64,000 nucleotides of DNA from Macrostomum lignano (taxonomy: Eukaryota): assembly GCA_002269645.1 (NCBI GenBank), contig NIVC01001566.1:1-64000 (forward strand), given 5' to 3'. The stretch's first letter is position 1. Each line of letters begins with the position of its first letter. Below, one piece after another: positions 1-12,833 of the stretch. The translations under genes and the position numbers were made by a program. The notes beneath the pieces were generated by a model, which was given only the letters and a program-made list of their open reading frames with translations, was not told where the DNA came from and searched no databases.

Positions 1-152
1 AACGGCGCTGTGTACACGTTTGCACTGTCGAGTGCGCGAATCTCCCGGACAGCTGCCCCCGGACAGTGCCGGACCTGCGGGTTTGCAAAGCGAATAGTTG
101 GGATCTCGATTTTGGATTCTGGGAAGGCCAAGCAGGGGACTATCCATCTAAT

Positions 153-592
153 TACAGCACCCCCTCTGCTCCTGTCCCCTGTGACAGCACCCTCTTCTCT
201 CCTCCTGTCCCCTGTGACAGCACCCTCTTCTCTCCTCCTGTCCCCTGTGACAGCACCCTCCCCTCTCCTTCTGTCCCTGTGACAACACCCTCCCCTCTCC
301 TCCTGTCCCCTATGACAGCACCCTCACTCTGATGCTGTCCCCTGTGACAGCACCTCCTCTCCTCCACATACCCCCCCTCTGCTCCTGTCCCCTGTGACAG
401 CACTCCTGTCCCCTGTGACAGCACCCTTCCCCTCCTCCTCCTCCTGTGACAGCACCCTCCCCTCTCCTCCTGTCCCCTGTGACAACACCCTCCCCTCTCC
501 TTCTGTCCCCTGTGACAGCACCCTCACCTCTGATGCTGTCCCCTGTGACAGCACCCTCTTCTCTCCTCCTGTCCCCTGTGACAGCACCCTCC
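153..592. repeat. ~30-33 bp minisatellite (CCTGTCCCCTGTGACAGCACCCTC...) downstream of the last confident protocadherin exon
   Basis: Direct tandem repetition with a variable CT-rich spacer. Confidence 0.95.
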
Positions 593-618
593 TGCTGGTA
601 TCTCATCAGCCCCCTCAC

Positions 619-3600
619 CAGTGGGCGGCTTGCACGCTGACAGGACTCCGTCTCTCGGGGTTGCCTCTGGCGCACCCGGTTGCCGGGCGTTCGCCGCTCC
701 AGCGCCCGCGGCCTCTCCGACACCGCAGGCAGGCGATGGCGGCCAGCAGCGGCGCTGAGACGCCTAGAGTGGCCGTTACCATAGCAACCAATACTACTAT
801 ACTGGCGTCCGAAGCGACTGAAGCCACGGCCCAAGAAGACGAAGGAAACTGCCGGGCTGGAGGCGGCGGCGGCATCTCAACAATGGTGACCTGCAACAGC
901 GATTGTCTGTGAGGCGTCATCCACACCGATCCAGCCGGGCACTTGAGCTCCCATACCCTGACACCTAAGCTCCCATACCCTGACACCTAAGCTCCCATTC
1001 CCTGACACCTAAGCTCCCATACCCTGACACCTAAGCTCCCATACCCTGACACCTAAGCTCCCATTCCCTGACACCTAAGCTCCCATACCCTGACACCTAA
1101 GCTCCCATTCCCTGACACCTAAGCTCCCATACCCTGACACCTAAGCTCCCATACCCTGACACCTAAGCTCCCATTCCCTGACACCTAAGCTCCCATTCCC
1201 TGACACCTAAGCTCCCATTCCCTGACACCTAAGCTCCCATTCCCTGACACCTAAGCTCCCATTCCCTGACACCTAAGCTCCCATACCCTGACACCTAAGC
1301 TCCCATTCCCTGACACCTAAGCTCCCATTCCCTGACACCTAAGCTCCCATTCCCTGACACCTAAGCTCCCATTCCCTGACATGATGAAAAGATGATGATG
1401 CCGGTCACAATTTGAAAGTCAAAGCGGCTTCTGTACACCCTGTGTGAGCGTGGGCGCACTCAGAAAAGTCTCCAATCCCTCGGGCACCTGCAGCATCGCA
1501 GTGCTGGACATCGGCGGCTTCCCGCAGTCCTCAGCCGTCAGCTCCAGCACGAAGACCGCGCCCAGCAGCTTCCGCCGCGTCTCCTTCGTCAGCGTTGCCG
1601 CCAAAGTTGTCAGGTCGCCGGAGCCTGGCGCCACTTCAAAGAGTTGCCGACCTTCCTCGGGTCGGACACTTTTCAGTCGATAGGCGACTTTGCCGTTGGC
1701 TCCGGCGTCCGAGTCCGCAGCCCGGAGGCGGAGGACCGGCCGGCCTGCCGGGTGCTCCAGGCTGACGTTCACGGCGGCGGCGGAGGAGGCCGGCGGCTGC
1801 TGCCAGACGGGCCGGTTGTCGTTGAGGTCCAGGACCCGGACTCGAACCCGGGCTGACGATCGGCCGTCCGCGCCGTCGTCAGCGACGATCTGATGGCGAT
1901 TTTTTTAAAGTTTTCATTGTTAATGAAGGGATGCTTGAAGCCTGAGAACCTGAGGCTGGCCTAGCAACTGAAGATCTGGGAGGCTGGCCCAGCAACTGAG
2001 GATTTGGGAGGCTGGCCTAGCAACTGAGGATTTGGGAGGCTGGCCTAGCAACTGAGGATTTGGGAGGCTGGCCTAGCAACTGAGGATCTGGGAGGCTGGC
2101 CCAGCAACTGAGGATCTGGGAGGCTGGCCTAGCAACTGAGGATCTGGGAGGCTGGCCCAGCAACTGAGGATCTGGGAGGTTCAAAGGATGCTGCTGAACT
2201 CGAAGCGGCTCGCCTGAAAATCGTAGACTTCGCGGGCCTCCCGGTCCAGCAGACGCCGCCCAGTGACCAGCCGGCCATCGTCAGTGACTTCGAAGGCGGC
2301 GTCGACCTCGCCGTCCGGCAGCAGCCGATAGGCGATTCGCCGATGCGTCGGCTCTGCGTCGCCGTCGATGGCGGCGACGCTGCCGATCAGCCGGCCGGGC
2401 GGCGAGTTCTCGGCTACGGCGAAGTCGAAACCGCTGGTGGGGCGCCGACGAACTCCGGCCGGCAGTCGTTGACATCGACAATCTGGACGATGACGGTGGC
2501 GGTGGCGGTGTGGCGCGGCCGGCCGGCCGGATCTTTGGAGTCGCCCAGATCCACGGCGCAGACCGTGACGTTGACCACGGGATCGAGAAGCGACTCGCGA
2601 TCGAAGCTGCGACGAGCTCGCAGCTCCCCGGTCAGTCGGTCGACGTCGAAATCCGGCGAAGAGGTTGAGGTTGAAGCTCCGCCGCTGCCGCAAAGTTGGT
2701 AGCGAAGCTCCGCGTTTTCGCCTTCGTCGGCGTCAACGGCGGAGAGCTGGGCGACCACTCGACCGGGAGGTTCGTTCTCAGGTAGGCGCGCCGTCAGGGG
2801 GCTGCGCTCGAACACCGGCGGGGAGTCGTTCTCGTCGGTGACTCGAATCTGGGGGAGGGGTTTGGGATCAGGGGAGATTCGGGTTTGGGATCAGGGGAGG
2901 TTCGGATTTGGGATCAGGGGAGATTCGGGTTTGGGATCAGGGGAGATTCGGATTTGGGATCAGGGGAGATGTGGGTTTGGGATCAGGGGAGATTCGGATT
3001 TGGGATCAGGGGAGATGTGGGTTTGGGATCAGTGGAGATTCGGGTTTGGGATCAGGGGAGATTCGGGTTTGGGATCAGGGGAGATTCGGGTTTGGGATCA
3101 GGGGAGATTCGGGTTTGGGATCAGAGGAGATTCGGGTTTGGGATCAGGGGAGATTCGGGTTTGGGATCAGGGGAGATTCGGGTTTGGGATCAGGGGAGAT
3201 TCGGGTTTGGGATCAGGGGAGATTCGGGTTTGGGATCAGGGGAGATTCGGGTTTGGGATCAGGGGAGATTCGGGTTTGGGATCAGGGGAGATTCGGGTTT
3301 GGGATCAGGGGAGATTCGGGTTTGGGATCAGGGGAGATTCGGGTTTGGGATCAGGGGAGATTCGGGTTTGGGATCAGGGGAGATTCGGGTTCGGGATCAG
3401 GGGAGATTTGGAATCTGGCAACTCACCTGAAGTCGCCTCTCTGTCAGCAGACTCGGCGAGCCGTTGTCGTTGCAGACGATCTTGACGCTGGTCACGCCGG
3501 GCGGCGGCAGCGACTCGCGATCGAATCGGCGACTGGTAACCAGGCGGAACTGGCCGCGAGCCGACCTGTACAGCGGCAGCAGCCCGAAGTCCGATTGGGG

Positions 3601-6600
3601 CTCTGACTGGCAGCTCACAGGCGGCTGCTGCTCAGGGCTGCTGCGGTGATGGAGCATCGGGGACGGGCGATTGATGGTCGTGATGGTGATTATGAGGATG
3701 ATGATGGTGATGTTGATGATGATGTTGACAATGGTGATGGTGATGATGATCGAGATGATGATGGTGATGATGATGGTGATGATGGTGATGATGAAGGTGG
3801 TGATGATGATGATGAGGATGATGATGATGATGGTGATGATGATGGTGATGATGATGGTGATGATGATAATGATGATGATGGTGATGATGATAATGATGAT
3901 GACTAGCTTATCAAAAGTTACCCAGCAAAGTCCCGCACCCTGGCCATTTGTCATCGCCGTCACTGACATCCAGCGAAGCCACCAAGGTGTTCACTGGCGC
4001 GTTCTCGGCCACCCCCAGCTGGTCAGGATCGGAGCCGGCGCCCATGACGGAGATCACGGGTGGGTTGTCGTTCTCGTTGATGAGTTCCACCTGGAGGGTT
4101 GATGTTGTCCTGGTGCTTGGAGATTTTATGTCCAATGATTTTGATTGCTGATTCACTGGCTCCTGATTCAGTGGCTCGCTCCTGATTCAGTGACTCCTGA
4201 TTCCCGACTCCTCATTCACCGACTCCTCATTCACCGACTCCTTATTCACCGACTCCTCATTCACCGACTCCTCATTCACCGACTCCCCATTCACCGACTC
4301 TTCATTCACCGACTCTTCATCCACCAACTCCTCATTCACCGACTCCTTATTCACAAATTCCTCATTCACAGATTCCTCATTCACCGACTCCTTATTCACA
4401 AATTCCTCATTCACAGATTCCTCATTCACCGACTCCTCATTCACCGAATCCTCATTCACTGACTCCTCATTCACCGACTCCTCATTCACCGACTCCTCAT
4501 TCACCGACTCCTCATTCACCGACTCCTCATTCACCGACTCCTCATTCACCGACTCCTCATTCACCGACTCCTCATTCACCGACTCCTCATTCACCGACTC
4601 TTCATCCACCGACTCTTCATTCACCAACTCCTCATTCACCGAATCCTAATTCACCGACTCCTCATTCACAGATTCCTGATTCACCGACTCCTGATTCAAA
4701 AATTCCTCATTCACAGATTCCAGATTCACTGACTCCTCATTCACCGACTCCTGATTCACAGATTCCAGATTCACCGACTCCTGACTCACCAGTTACTGAT
4801 TCACACATCCTTCTAATATAGTATACACTGAGTATAACTTATACAATATACAGGGCAGCTATCCAGCTTCAGTCTCAACAAAGCCAACACCCCAAAAGTC
4901 ACCTGACAAGTCAAAACTCCCTGTCTGCGTGTCAGTGAGCCAACTTGAGAAAAAATCAAAGCAAGGCGAAAAAAGCTCGGATCAAATGACCCCCAGGGCA
5001 GAAACCGAGCCCAGCTTATCTATCGGATTTCCAACCTCGCCAACAACCGGAATCTCTTTGATGAGCGTGGATCAAACAAAAAAAACGACGGAACAAGCAA
5101 TATTCCCAGTCCTTTGAAGTTAGAGTTGGCACTGTTTTAGGTCACAGTCAAGTTGGATGTTAATAACTGCATCTCCAATTATCCTTTTGAATGTATTGGT
5201 GACAATGCTGTGGTGCATGTTTTATAGATCATAAACACCCTCTGAGTGACTTCAGTTGAATCCAGTTGGATGGAGATGAGGCTGGGGATGAGGATGGAGA
5301 TGAGGCTGGGGATGAGGATGGAGATGAGGCTGGGGATGAGGATGGAGATGAGGCTGGGGATGAGGTTGAAGATGAGGTTGGAGATGAGGCACAAGATGAG
5401 GATGGAGATGAGGATGGGGATGGGGATGGGGATGAAGCTAGGGATGAGGATGGAGATGAGGCTGGGATGAGGATGGAGATGAGGTTGGGATGAGGATAGA
5501 GATGAGGCTTGGGACGAGGATAAAGATGAGGCATAAGATAGGGATGGAGATGAGGCTGGAGATAAGGATGGAGATAAGACTGGGATTGAGAATGGAGATG
5601 AGGCTGGGGATGAGGATAAAGATGAGGCATAAGATAGGGATGGAGATGAGGCTGGAGATGAGGAAAAAGATGAGGCACAAGATGGGGATGGAGATGAGGC
5701 TAGAGCTCAGGCTTGGGATGAGGCTGACGATGAGGAGGGGGATGAGGCTGGGAATGAGGCTGGGAATGCGGATGGAGGTGAGGCTGGGGATGAGGCTAAA
5801 GAGGAGCAGCTCAGGCATTCTATCCCAAGGCTCACCTGAACCGCAGCCTCAGCGCTGTGTTGGCCATCCGAGACGCTCAGCGGCAGGCGGTACCGCCGTC
5901 GAGTTTCAAAGTCAAGCGGCCTGGCTGGCGCTACGGCGCCGGTGACGGCGTCGACATGAAAGTCGGCGGCCGTGCCGGGGTCGGCGCCGTCGCCCAGCCG
6001 GTAGGTCAGCCGGTCGTTAGAATCGATGTCCACGGCTGCCAGCCGGAGGAACTCGCGGCCAACAGGCTGGGACTCGGACAGACCGAGGCGGGCGGGAACG
6101 CTGCCGGCCGGGAATTGAGGCGGATTGTCGTTGATGTCGACAACGGTGACGAGCACCGTCAGGGAGCCGGTGAGCGGCGAGGGCCGGCCGTCGTCTACTG
6201 CCAGAAGGATCAGCTGGTACCTCGTCGGCTGGTCAGCGTCGTCAGCGTCCAAGTCGACGAGCAGCTCGAGGCTCGGCGGTGGCGGCGGCGGCGTCACCAG
6301 CGACGATGAGAAGTCGCCAGCAGCGTCAACAAGTCGAAACCGACCGCTAGCTGAGTCCACCAGGGTGTACCTCCGGGTGCTGTTCTGCGGCGCCCTGTCT
6401 GGGTCCGCGGCGGGTGGCAGTGCGAAGCGGCTGCCCACCTGAGAGTGCTCCCGGATGTCCAGCCTCAGCTGCGTCGAGTTGCTACCGCCGCTGCCAGCCG
6501 CTGCTGCCGGCCGCCAGCTCGGCGCGTTGTCGTTGACATCCTTGATGAGGAAGTTCAGCCGGACAACGGCTCGGAGACGCCCGCCCAGTGGCAGCTCCAC

Positions 6601-7527
6601 CACGGCGAGCGTCAGACTGAGCTGGACGTCCTGGCGGCTGCAGGTGCCGGCCTCGGGGCAGAGCAACTCGCGGTCCACCTTCGGGGTGATGACGAATCTG
6701 CAGATGTGACTGCCTTAGTTCTCCCTATTCCCCCTCATCTCCCGCTCTCTCCCTATTCCCCTTCATCTCCCGCTCTCGTTATTCCCCCTCATCTGCCGCT
6801 CTCTCCATATTACCCCTCATCTCCCGCTCTCCCTATTCCCCCTCATCTCCCGCTCTCGTTATTCCCCTTCATCTCCCGCTCTCCCTATTCCCCCTCATCT
6901 GCCGCTCTCTCCCTATTCCCCCTCATCTCCCGCTCTCCCTATTCCCCCTCATCTCCCGCTCTCTCCCTATTCCCTCCCCCTCATCTCCCGCGCTCTCTCT
7001 CTACTCCCTCCCCCTCATCTCCCGCTCTCTCCCTACTCCCTCCCCCTCATCTCCCGCTCTCTCTCTACTCCCTCCCCCTCATCTCCCGCTCTCTCCCTAT
7101 TTCCTCCCCCTCATCTCCCGCTCTCTCCCTATTCCCTCCCCCTCATCTCCCGCTCTCTCCCGCACTCCGATCCCCACAGAACTGGGACACGAACCCTCCT
7201 GGCGAGCGCGACTTCCCCGCTGCGGCCACTCAGCCTGAAGAAGCGGCCGCCGCCTCCCGCATCCAGCAGCCGGTATTCGCAGTCGCCGCCGCAGTCCAGC
7301 ACCGAGCACCGAGCCGCCTCCCGATCAACACCGTCAAGAAGCTGCCGACACAGCCAGGGAACACTGGCCACCACCGTGCCGACTGGGAGCTCCTCGGGGA
7401 ATTCGTGACTGAGCCAAACAGCTTGCTGGATTGTTGCGGCATCAACGCAGTCTGTCGCAGCTGTCAGGAGCAGCAGGCTGGCACAGGCGATGGCGAGCAT
7501 GGCAAGTCTGCAGTATAGAGGGCTCAT
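619..7527 (-). CDS. Delta-1-like protocadherin (signal peptide, 7 cadherin repeats, TM helix, start of cytoplasmic tail); exons 7195-7527, 5836-6678, 3939-4090, 3427-3640, 2214-2848, 1488-1889, 619-890
   Basis: Spliced translation gives seven EC repeats with DRE, DxD and DxND(N)xP motifs (KDVNDNAP, VDINDNPP, NENDNPP, TDENDSPP, VDVNDCRP, LDLNDNRP), an N-terminal signal peptide and a TM segment (SIVVLVAMVTATLGVSAPLLAAIACL). Exon phases are compatible at all junctions. Needs a GC donor at 2213 and one missing C near 2440. The 3' end is uncertain (stop at 615, or donor TG|GTGAGG at 618 with further exons toward the left edge). Confidence 0.9.
947..1382. repeat. 23 bp minisatellite (GCTCCCATACCCTGACACCTAA-type), ~19 copies, protocadherin intron 6
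   Basis: Near-perfect tandem copies with an A/T variant. Confidence 0.97.
1952..2179. repeat. 28 bp minisatellite GGGAGGCTGGCCTAGCAACTGAGGATTT, ~8 copies, protocadherin intron 5
   Basis: Direct tandem repetition. Confidence 0.97.
2858..3410. repeat. 23 bp minisatellite GGGTTTGGGATCAGGGGAGATTC, ~24 copies, protocadherin intron 4
   Basis: Direct tandem repetition filling nearly the whole intron (2849-3426). Confidence 0.97.
3672..3903. repeat. (GAT/GGT)n trinucleotide repeat, protocadherin intron 3
   Basis: Direct observation. Confidence 0.95.
4150..4790. repeat. 15 bp minisatellite CATTCACCGACTCCT, ~42 copies, protocadherin intron 2
   Basis: Direct tandem repetition. Confidence 0.95.
5268..5800. 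repeat. 12/24 bp repeat GATGAGGCTGGG/GATGAGGATGGA, protocadherin intron 2
   Basis: Direct tandem repetition, degenerate at the right end. Confidence 0.93.
6718..7162. repeat. 26 bp minisatellite CTCTCCCTATTCCCCCTCATCTCCCG, protocadherin intron 1
   Basis: Direct tandem repetition. Confidence 0.95.
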
Positions 7528-7805
7528 TGTTTAGAACAATGTCGGACAAACTGCGTCCCAACTCGGAGCGCTCAGTCAAGGCGGTATTTGAAGCATTCAC
7601 CGATTAAAAATCATCAGTGACAACGTGCTACTTTATTGTTCTGCAGTTCAACAATCCATCTTGATTGGTCTCTCAAACTAAACAGCTGGGAACTCCGCGT
7701 GCGCTTAGTTGCCACCCGGATCTCACGTTGGGATCGATGGGATCTAAGTCAAAAAGCACAAAAGTTCGCTTTCAATTTCAGTAATAATGTAACTTGAAAA
7801 CGGAT

Positions 7806-8429
<624 letters not shown>

Positions 8430-9707
8430 TCGCAGTGTACTTCGTACCGAATTCACCCTCCATAGAAGCAGCATGCAGGCAGCACCGTGCAGACCATAAA
8501 GTTGTTGCTACCCGCTGTGTCACTCGTAAAACCCTGTCTGCCAGCATTGTTTCCGGGCACAGTTTACGCCTGTTTTCCTTCTGTCTCGATATTCTTTCAG
8601 TAGAATTTATGCACCCAAAGCCTATTCTAGGTTCTCCTTCCTCGGATGCTGATTGGCGCTTAATTAGCTGTGCATTATACGAGGTGTAGTTTTGTAACTT
8701 AAAAAGTGCTCTTTCTCTACATATCGGCTCCAGTATTCCCTCGATAATGTGGGGTCAAATCTTCAGTAAGTTTTTCACTGGTTCCAAACTTTTGTGCACT
8801 GACTTCGATTTTGCGTATGGATAAAATCATTTAAGTAATTGGAATAAATTCAAACAGGACTCGAACTCGGGACCTCTTGGCATAAGGCAACGTTTCTGCG
8901 TTTTTTGCGAGCCTTTAACTGACCTCTATGGTCGAAACGGATTTCAGGTTTTTTTTATTTTTCACACTTACAGCTGAAATCCATCAATTCAACTCGCAGT
9001 TGGACTGGCAGCTTTGCTAATTAACTGCATTTCCTGTCGTCGGCGTCTTTCTGCATTTTTAGCTCGCTTCAGTAAATTTTCCTTTAAACTGTTGTCGTTT
9101 AAAAAAGTCTGTCCAGCTGCTTTCACAAAGAATGATGGAAATTGTCGCTTTTGCAAGTATTTGAGGACTAGCAATGCTAGACTTCCCTGCATCATAGCTT
9201 GACTTGCTATCCTATACTTGCTTGGCCAAGAACAAATGAAAGGTTATTTGCAATTGTTCGAGTTGATTCGAGCATGAACTAATTAGTACAATAGTACGAT
9301 TTTTAATTGCCCTGGGACAAGTTAAGATGGCTAGGATGATAGCTGAAGGCGATCCATGGAGTTCCGCACATAGAAACTGGAATCGCTAAATGTCAAATGT
9401 TTGATCAGATAGAAATAAAAATTGTTTTGTCTGAGGTTGATTCAACCGGCTTTCTCAAAAGGTTTTCCTTCTAAATACCTGCCCTGGAATAGGATTTTAC
9501 CAGAGCGAAAGTCACGAAACAGTCGTGATAAAATCCTGCTGGAAAATAAGACAATGGCCTCTATGTGTCTTATAGACAATGAAGTTGCGTAGTAGGTAAG
9601 GGACTGAAATAAAGAACACAGAAGGTCATCCATGAAGTTCAAAATAACACAACATATAACAAGAGCAAGCTTACTTATGAGAACTTTGCAATGCTCTGAC
9701 CAATTTG

Positions 9708-10798
9708 TTAGTCTGTAACTGGAGATGAGTGACTTAAGAATGAAAAAAATGGCCAAGGGTATTTAGACAGCTGTAGGCAGTGCAACAGGGTAACCGGATC
9801 CTGCAGTGCTGGATCGGTTGTCACTACACAGCGTAACAATGTAAGCTTGTACAGAGAGATGATCGATTGCATCATTGAGAGTGATCTGCTGATGTAAACA
9901 TGATGTTTATCATCAATACGCGATTCGTATATTACTGAGGCTTCGTCACTATGCCATGGGGATTGAACCATGGACAGCGAAAGTAGCGCGAATCGATCTG
10001 ACACTGAAAGTGGCGCCTGTCTGACACTGAAAGTGGCACCCGTCTGACACTCAAACTGGCGCCCATCTGACACTGAAAGTGGCGCCTGTCTGACACTGAA
10101 AGTGTCACCCGTCTGACACTCAAACTGGCGCCTATCTGACACTGAAAGTGTCACCCGTCTGACACTCAAACTGGCGCCTATCTGACACTGAAAGTGTCAC
10201 CCGTCTGACACTCAAACTGGCGCCTATCTGACACTGAAAGTGTCACCCGTCTGACACTCACACTGGCGCCTATCTGACACTGAAAGTGGCGCCCGTCTGA
10301 CACTCAAACTGGCGTTTATCTGACACTGAAAGTCTGACACTCAAACTGGCGTCCATCTGACACTGAAAGTGTCACCCGTCTGACACTCAAACTGGCGCCT
10401 ATCTGACACTGAAAGTGTCACCCGTCTGACACTCAAACTGGCGCCCATCTGACACTGAAAGTCTGACACTGAAAGTGGCGCCCATCTGACACTGAAAGTG
10501 GCGCCTATCTGATACCCAATGTGGCGCACCGTCGGGAACCGATCGAAGGATCGGTGATTGAAAATCTCTACTCAAAATTTCTTAGGGGACTGAGTGACGC
10601 GTCAGCTGAGTGCAATCCAAAACTGCCAATATATTAAAGCCGCAATGCACTTTTATTCCAATTTTCAACAAAATCCATTGGCGAAGGGCTTGACAGGTAT
10701 AAATATAAATACTGGTATTTTTGCTTACCAATCCGTTGAGAAAAGATTCCAGCTGTCTCTTTCAACTTTTGGCGATAATAATTAATGGGAATATTTCT
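9708..10798 (-). CDS. Candidate exons of unknown product (10729-10798, 10530-10580, 9997 to ~9708); may be a 3' extension of the GKAP-domain gene
   Basis: Canonical AG/GT sites with compatible phases give RNIPINYYRQKLKETAGIFSQRI-E-ILSRDFQSPILRSVPD-D-RFALLSLSMVQSPW... The intron 9998-10529 is filled by a tandem array like other introns here. No family recognised. Confidence 0.35.
9998..10512. repeat. 23/46 bp dimeric minisatellite TCTGACACTGAAAGTGTCACCCG / TCTGACACTCAAACTGGCGCCTA
   Basis: Two alternating 23-mers. Confidence 0.95.
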
Positions 10799-11454
10799 CT
10801 GGCGTGGGGAGGGGGGCGACTGCAGCAGGCAGCAGCGGTCAGTTCGGGATAGCGCAGAAATATATGGGGATGACGGGACACTGGGAAGTGAAGGGGCAGC
10901 AGAGACACGCGGGAACCGAACCGGCTGACAAGCAGAAACAGGCCTTCCACCGAAACTCTCAGCATGCAGGCTCCACCGATTGTATCCCGGGCAGTTGTTT
11001 TGGGTCCAAAATAAAAAGCCTTAGGCGCTCATTAGAGAGACTGAGCGAAATTCTTTGCTTGCTTAGGTTGACTGGGGGGGGGGGGCTACTAGAAGCAGAA
11101 GCTGCTAAACGTTTTGGCATATTTTTATACGGCTGAGAGTTGCCCGACAGCTGTATCCTCCGCTGCGGTCCAATCAGTATTAGCTCATGGCAGTTGCACC
11201 CAATGGGCTCGAATCCTTGCACTTGTGGCCCACAAAGGGCCAGCCACCCGTAGGCACAGGGTGTGTGCACTGACTGACTGACTGACGAAAATCCCGGACC
11301 GCTGTACACTCTGTGTGAGCGAGCGTGTGTGCTAGATCATGCGGTGAATCTCTTTCGGATCAAAAGCGTTTGATTGCGACTAGTGAGCATTTGTTTATAC
11401 TCAAGGGGGCAGGGGTTTACGCGCCGGACTCTCGAGCTACGACCCCTGCACCCC

Positions 11455-11780
11455 ACAGTGACGACCCTGACACCCCAGAGTGGCGATCCTGACACTCTAG
11501 TGGCGATCCTGACACTCTAGAGTGGCGATCCTGACACTCTAGTGGCGATCCTGACAACCCAGAGTGGCGAGCCTGACACTACAGAGTGGCGAGCCTGACA
11601 GCCTAGAGTGGCGATCCTGACACCTCAGAGTGGCGATCCTGACACCCCAGAATGGCGATCCTGACACCCCAGAGTGGTGATCCTGACACCCTAGAGTGGC
11701 GATCCTGACACCCTAGAGTGGCGATCCTGACACCCTAGAGTGGCGAGCCTGACACCCAGAGTGGCGACTCTGACACCTTA
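11455..11780. repeat. ~22 bp minisatellite GAGTGGCGATCCTGACACCCTA
   Basis: Direct tandem repetition. Confidence 0.93.
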
Positions 11781-12833
11781 TCCTATAATAATTTCAGTGC
11801 CAAAGGAGATTCAAAGATTCCCTTCAGGAAAAAGGACCAAAGCTTTTCAAAAGACAAAAAAGTAAGACTTGAAAATAGCATAGCACCGAGTTGCGTTTTT
11901 TCAAGAGTTCAATAGAAAAATAACATTTTAATTGATTATGGATGCATTTTTTCGAAGCTATATGTCGAGTAAGTTGCAATATAGTTACGGAGTCAGACAG
12001 GCGACGAATATAAAGTAAGATTGAGCACGGGTTTCAACTAATTAAACGCATTTTCAGTAGAATACAACTATCAAACTACTAGTAGTAATAGAACTAAAAA
12101 AATTGCAAATTTCGATAAATTTAAACGAAGTAGCACCGCGTTGAAACAAAATGCCTTAGAAGCTGTTGAAAAAAAGTAATTATTTTGTAAAAGTAAGTAT
12201 TAGAGAAACAGACTAATAATAATAAAAACTGAGAGCATGCAGAACTTGTGGCTTTGATTAATATCAGTTTGGATCACAGATACTAGACTAACTAGATGGG
12301 TTACTCAGCACATTTGCGTGTAAGCTACTTTCAGTTCAGTAGTGAGTTAAACAGAAGCATTTTATGGTATTTTTAAAGCCAAGGCTCATTTATTGGCTCT
12401 TTTATTACCCCATTCATTTATTACGCTCCAGCTTAAACCCTCCAACCGCGCCTTTCCACACTATCCCCGCCCCAATATTTATTGACTTTCTCGGAATTCC
12501 AGCCTAAAGCTGCCATGTACATTTCAGTGGACTGGCTAATGTACATTATTGCTGAACCAATTAGCAAGCTGTTCACGCCTGCAAGCTTGGGCTTCTAATC
12601 TTATCAAAGTCATTTCAGCTGCCTTTATTTTTATAAAATAGCTTACGCATTCTTCTTTGCTATTGAACTGAAAGTAGAAAGCTGTTTTACTAAGTATATA
12701 TGCCTGAGTGGCCCATTGGTTATTTTAGTTTCTGTGGTTTGGATTAAAAACGCACATAGTATAAATAGCATATATGTACACACAGAAATTGTTGTCAGAC
12801 TCCCCGCATGCTACTAACACTTACTCGAATCCG

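Noticed and set aside
1-150. Possible further protocadherin cytoplasmic exon
   Set aside because: Several acceptors and frames are possible and none shows a recognisable conserved motif before the window edge.
10582-10584. Apparent in-frame TAA (possible readthrough) in a longer version of the candidate exon
   Set aside because: Using the acceptor CCCCTAAG| at 10581/10580 removes the stop and keeps phase, so no recoding is needed.
8850-11300. tRNA B-box-like motifs (GTTCGAGTCC on minus at ~8856; GGCTCGAATCC at ~11206)
   Set aside because: No cloverleaf can be folded; at most decayed SINE heads.
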